Shown: one piece after another, positions 62,200 to 64,000 of the stretch | How the letters are laid out: every line of letters begins with the position of its first letter | Position numbering within the stretch: the first letter of the stretch is position 1 | Source of the DNA: Eledone cirrhosa | Taxonomy: Eukaryota | Reading direction: 5' to 3' | DNA length: 64,000 nt | NCBI GenBank assembly: GCA_964016885.1 | Contig: OZ024757.1 | Span: 16,430,001 to 16,494,000, forward strand | Translations under genes and position numbers: made by a program | Notes under the pieces: model-generated | Databases searched by the model: none | What the model saw: only the letters and a program-made list of their open reading frames with translations | Told to the model about the DNA's origin: nothing

Positions 62200-62751
62200 T
62201 ATGTATGTAGGTATGTAAAAGGTAAACAACACGATCGGTAATATATATATATTTTTAAAACAGGAGAAGAATGACTTCACTTGTAGTTCTTTGTAGTTCT
62301 AAACAATTTTATTTAATTTTAAAATAATATTTTACAATTTGATTTTGTAGATTTAGTAAGTTCTTTGTTAACTTCGATGGTGAGATTTTTTTTAAGATTC
62401 CTGGTTAACTTTCCTGAAGAACTTTCTCGCATTCGTCGGTGGCTATCAAATTGTAAAATTATAATATTATTAAATTAAATTGTTTAGAACTACAAGTGAA
62501 GTCATTCTTTTCCTTTTTTTAAATATACCTAACCGTACCAATAATCTCACACCATATTTTCCAATATATATATATATATATTTAATATAGAAATGGCTTC
62601 TACGGGAATAGAAATGTCTCATTCGGAAGAAATCATCGGGAAAGCCATGCTGATTGATTCCGAATGAAACAGTTCTAGTCCTGTAGAAGCCATTTTTATA
62701 TTAAATATTTATACTCTGTTATGTTACCCCCGATTGAACCCGGGATAAACA
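61662..62751. mobile_element. Chain of further fold-back insertions (61662-61822, 61888-62011, 62252-62566, 62582-62751)
   Basis: Each has inverted arms plus a one-sided tail; 61662 is related to the 13.6-kb PLE 3'UTR, 62582 to P0. Confidence 0.75.
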
Positions 62752-62760
62752 TATATATAT

Positions 62761-62793
<33 letters not shown>

Positions 62794-62796
<3 letters not shown>

Positions 62797-62989
62797 CGAA
62801 GGAATTGTGGTAAGGAACCAGATGGACCATAACGCACCAAAGTACTCAATACTTAGGGTAGTAGAGTGGGTAATAGGAACGAGTAGGACCCCGACAGCAG
62901 AGCTGAAGCCGTTTCGACAGCTATTTCTGAGTCCAGAAATACCCGTCGAAACGGCTTGAGCTCTGCCGTCGGGGTCATACTTGTTCCTA
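62794..62989. mobile_element. P1 fold-back
   Basis: Tailed arm left; short arm ends TTCCTAT(AT)n. Confidence 0.85.
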
Positions 62990-63002
62990 TATATATATTG
63001 TT

Positions 63003-63065
<63 letters not shown>

Positions 63066-63255
63066 ATGTATGTATTTATATATATATGTATATATATATG
63101 TCTATATATATATACGTATATGTATATATATATATATGTATATATGTATATATATATATATGTATATATATGTATATGGGTATATATGTGTGTGTGTGTA
63201 TATATATATATGTATATATACATTTATATATATAAATATATGTATATATATATAT

Positions 63256-63496
63256 CTAGGGCGGGTAAAATTCCCGAGATCCATGGACGAGTTCTCTCCA
63301 GCGGTCTCTGTCCCTCATTATCGCTGCCATGTCCTGCATCTCCAACAGACCAGTGTCTGTCCTTAGGGCATCAACATACGTTAACCTTGGTCTTCCTCTT
63401 CTAGTGTGTCCATGTAGGAGCTCCCACAGGAGCACTGAGTGCAATGTCAACTCTGGATGTCGGTGAGCATGTCCAGCTAACCTCAGTCTCCTCTGT
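63256..63496 (-). mobile_element. RTE LINE 3' end in (TA)n
   Basis: [43 protein letters not shown] runs directly into the TA repeat. Confidence 0.85.
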
Positions 63497-63559
63497 ATAT
63501 GTATAAATGTTTATATATGTATATGTATATGTATGTATATATATATATATATATATGTG

Positions 63560-63597
<38 letters not shown>

Positions 63598-63758
63598 TAT
63601 GTGCATATACACATATATACGCATATATAAATATATGTATATATATATACATATATGTATATATATACATATACATATATATGTATATATATGTATATAT
63701 GTATATATATATATATATACATATATGTATATATATATATACATATATGTATATATAT

Positions 63759-63806
<48 letters not shown>

Positions 63807-63935
63807 GTATATACATACATATATGTATATATATAGATATGTATATATATACATATATGTGTATATATGTATATATATACATTTATGTATATATATATAT
63901 GTGTATGTATATATATATATGTGTGTGTGTATAAA

Positions 63936-63972
<37 letters not shown>

Positions 63973-64000
63973 GAACATATATATATATGTGTATATATAT

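Overview
Eukaryotic, very AT-rich, microsatellite-saturated DNA, probably from a cephalopod such as Octopus (inferred from the SINE families and repeat landscape, not proven). I see no intact host protein-coding gene, and almost all ORF-track entries are translations of (TA)n/(CA)n/(GTG)n repeats. The dominant signal is Penelope-like element (PLE) activity in (TA)n tracts. There is a decayed RT + C-terminal GIY-YIG PLE (42.9-46.8 kb), a second GIY-YIG fragment (13.6-14.35 kb), and about 20 short fold-back (head-to-head inverted) insertions from more than 10 sequence families. Most carry minimal type I hammerhead ribozymes and share one architecture: one arm has a 40-105 nt 3' tail and the opposite arm stops at the tail boundary. 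Two terminally redundant, hammerhead-bearing non-coding units (465 bp and 595 bp periods) look like retrozymes. Also present are many tRNA-derived SINEs (some with TSDs), RTE/CR1/Tx1-like LINE fragments, bipartite RTE derivatives, two non-autonomous Helitrons, MITEs and several minisatellites. One minisatellite is built from a ribozyme cleavage site and one is an array of CRE palindromes. Coordinates were read by eye and may be off by a few bases.
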